From Alphaproteobacteria bacterium (GTDB lineage Bacteria > Pseudomonadota > Alphaproteobacteria > UBA9219 > RGZA01): a stretch of DNA of 64,000 bases. Made by a program: the position numbers and the translations under genes. The stretch is taken from contig JAKFVN010000016.1 in assembly GCA_021732145.1 (NCBI GenBank), forward strand, positions 8,457 through 72,456, read 5' to 3'. Shown piece after piece: positions 63,914 through 64,000 of this stretch (its first letter is position 1; the number at the start of each line of letters is the position of its first letter). The notes beneath the pieces are model-generated. The model was given only the letters and a program-made list of their open reading frames with translations, had not been told where the DNA came from and searched no databases.

Positions 63914-64000
63914 ATGACGAAACGCTTCAGAGTAATCCCTAAGAATTCTTTGCGTCACACTGTTCTATCCGCCCTTTTCACCCTTGCCTCGTTTGCAGCC
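63914..64000 (+). CDS. Start of an ORF with signal-peptide-like N-terminus (runs off the window)
   Basis: ATG at 63914: MTKRFRVIPKNSLRHTVLSALFTLASFAA... preceded by ~500 nt of AT-rich non-coding DNA. Confidence 0.3.
   Translation, partial: MTKRFRVIPKNSLRHTVLSALFTLASFAA

Overview
The window is about 50% G+C and looks alphaproteobacterial. Supporting synteny: bolA, J-domain protein, cobS and cobT; a system-I ccmDEGH cluster; rpoH, cpdR, ftsEX, usg, atpHA, purH next to a heparinase-II/III-like gene, aroKB and cydAB. No rRNA, tRNA, CRISPR array, transposase or integrase was seen. All family calls come from motifs read in the translations; no database search was run.

Four things stand out.

1. 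An ~11-kb accessory locus (30.8-41.9 kb) lies between cydAB and a flavin reductase gene.
- It is dominated by two paralogous Sec-signal proteins of 775 and ~1366 aa.
- Each has a shared N-terminal domain, then arrays of ~45-50-aa four-cysteine modules of two types (CP-x-GQ-x-G...CDGSNNGAGR and GQVGDTFT...ITKRNVR-x-CPSG...SNTC).
- Each ends in an unusual (GGG[G]D)n tail.
- I cannot assign them to a named family. This is my best candidate for an undescribed system.

2. A hairpin repeat family resembling REP elements or Rickettsia palindromic elements (RPEs) occurs at 10 or more loci.
- Its stems differ between copies but stay complementary.
- It sits in frame inside three genes: rluB, the J-domain protein (three tandem copies) and a glycosyltransferase.

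3. An AT-rich islet carries a Panacea/SocA-like antitoxin with an unassigned 130-aa partner.

4. Several orphan genes or operons are present: an H1-like tail fused to a SnoaL-like domain, and three orphan genes wedged between ugd and galU.

Start codons are often uncertain. Coordinates of non-coding elements are good to a few bases.
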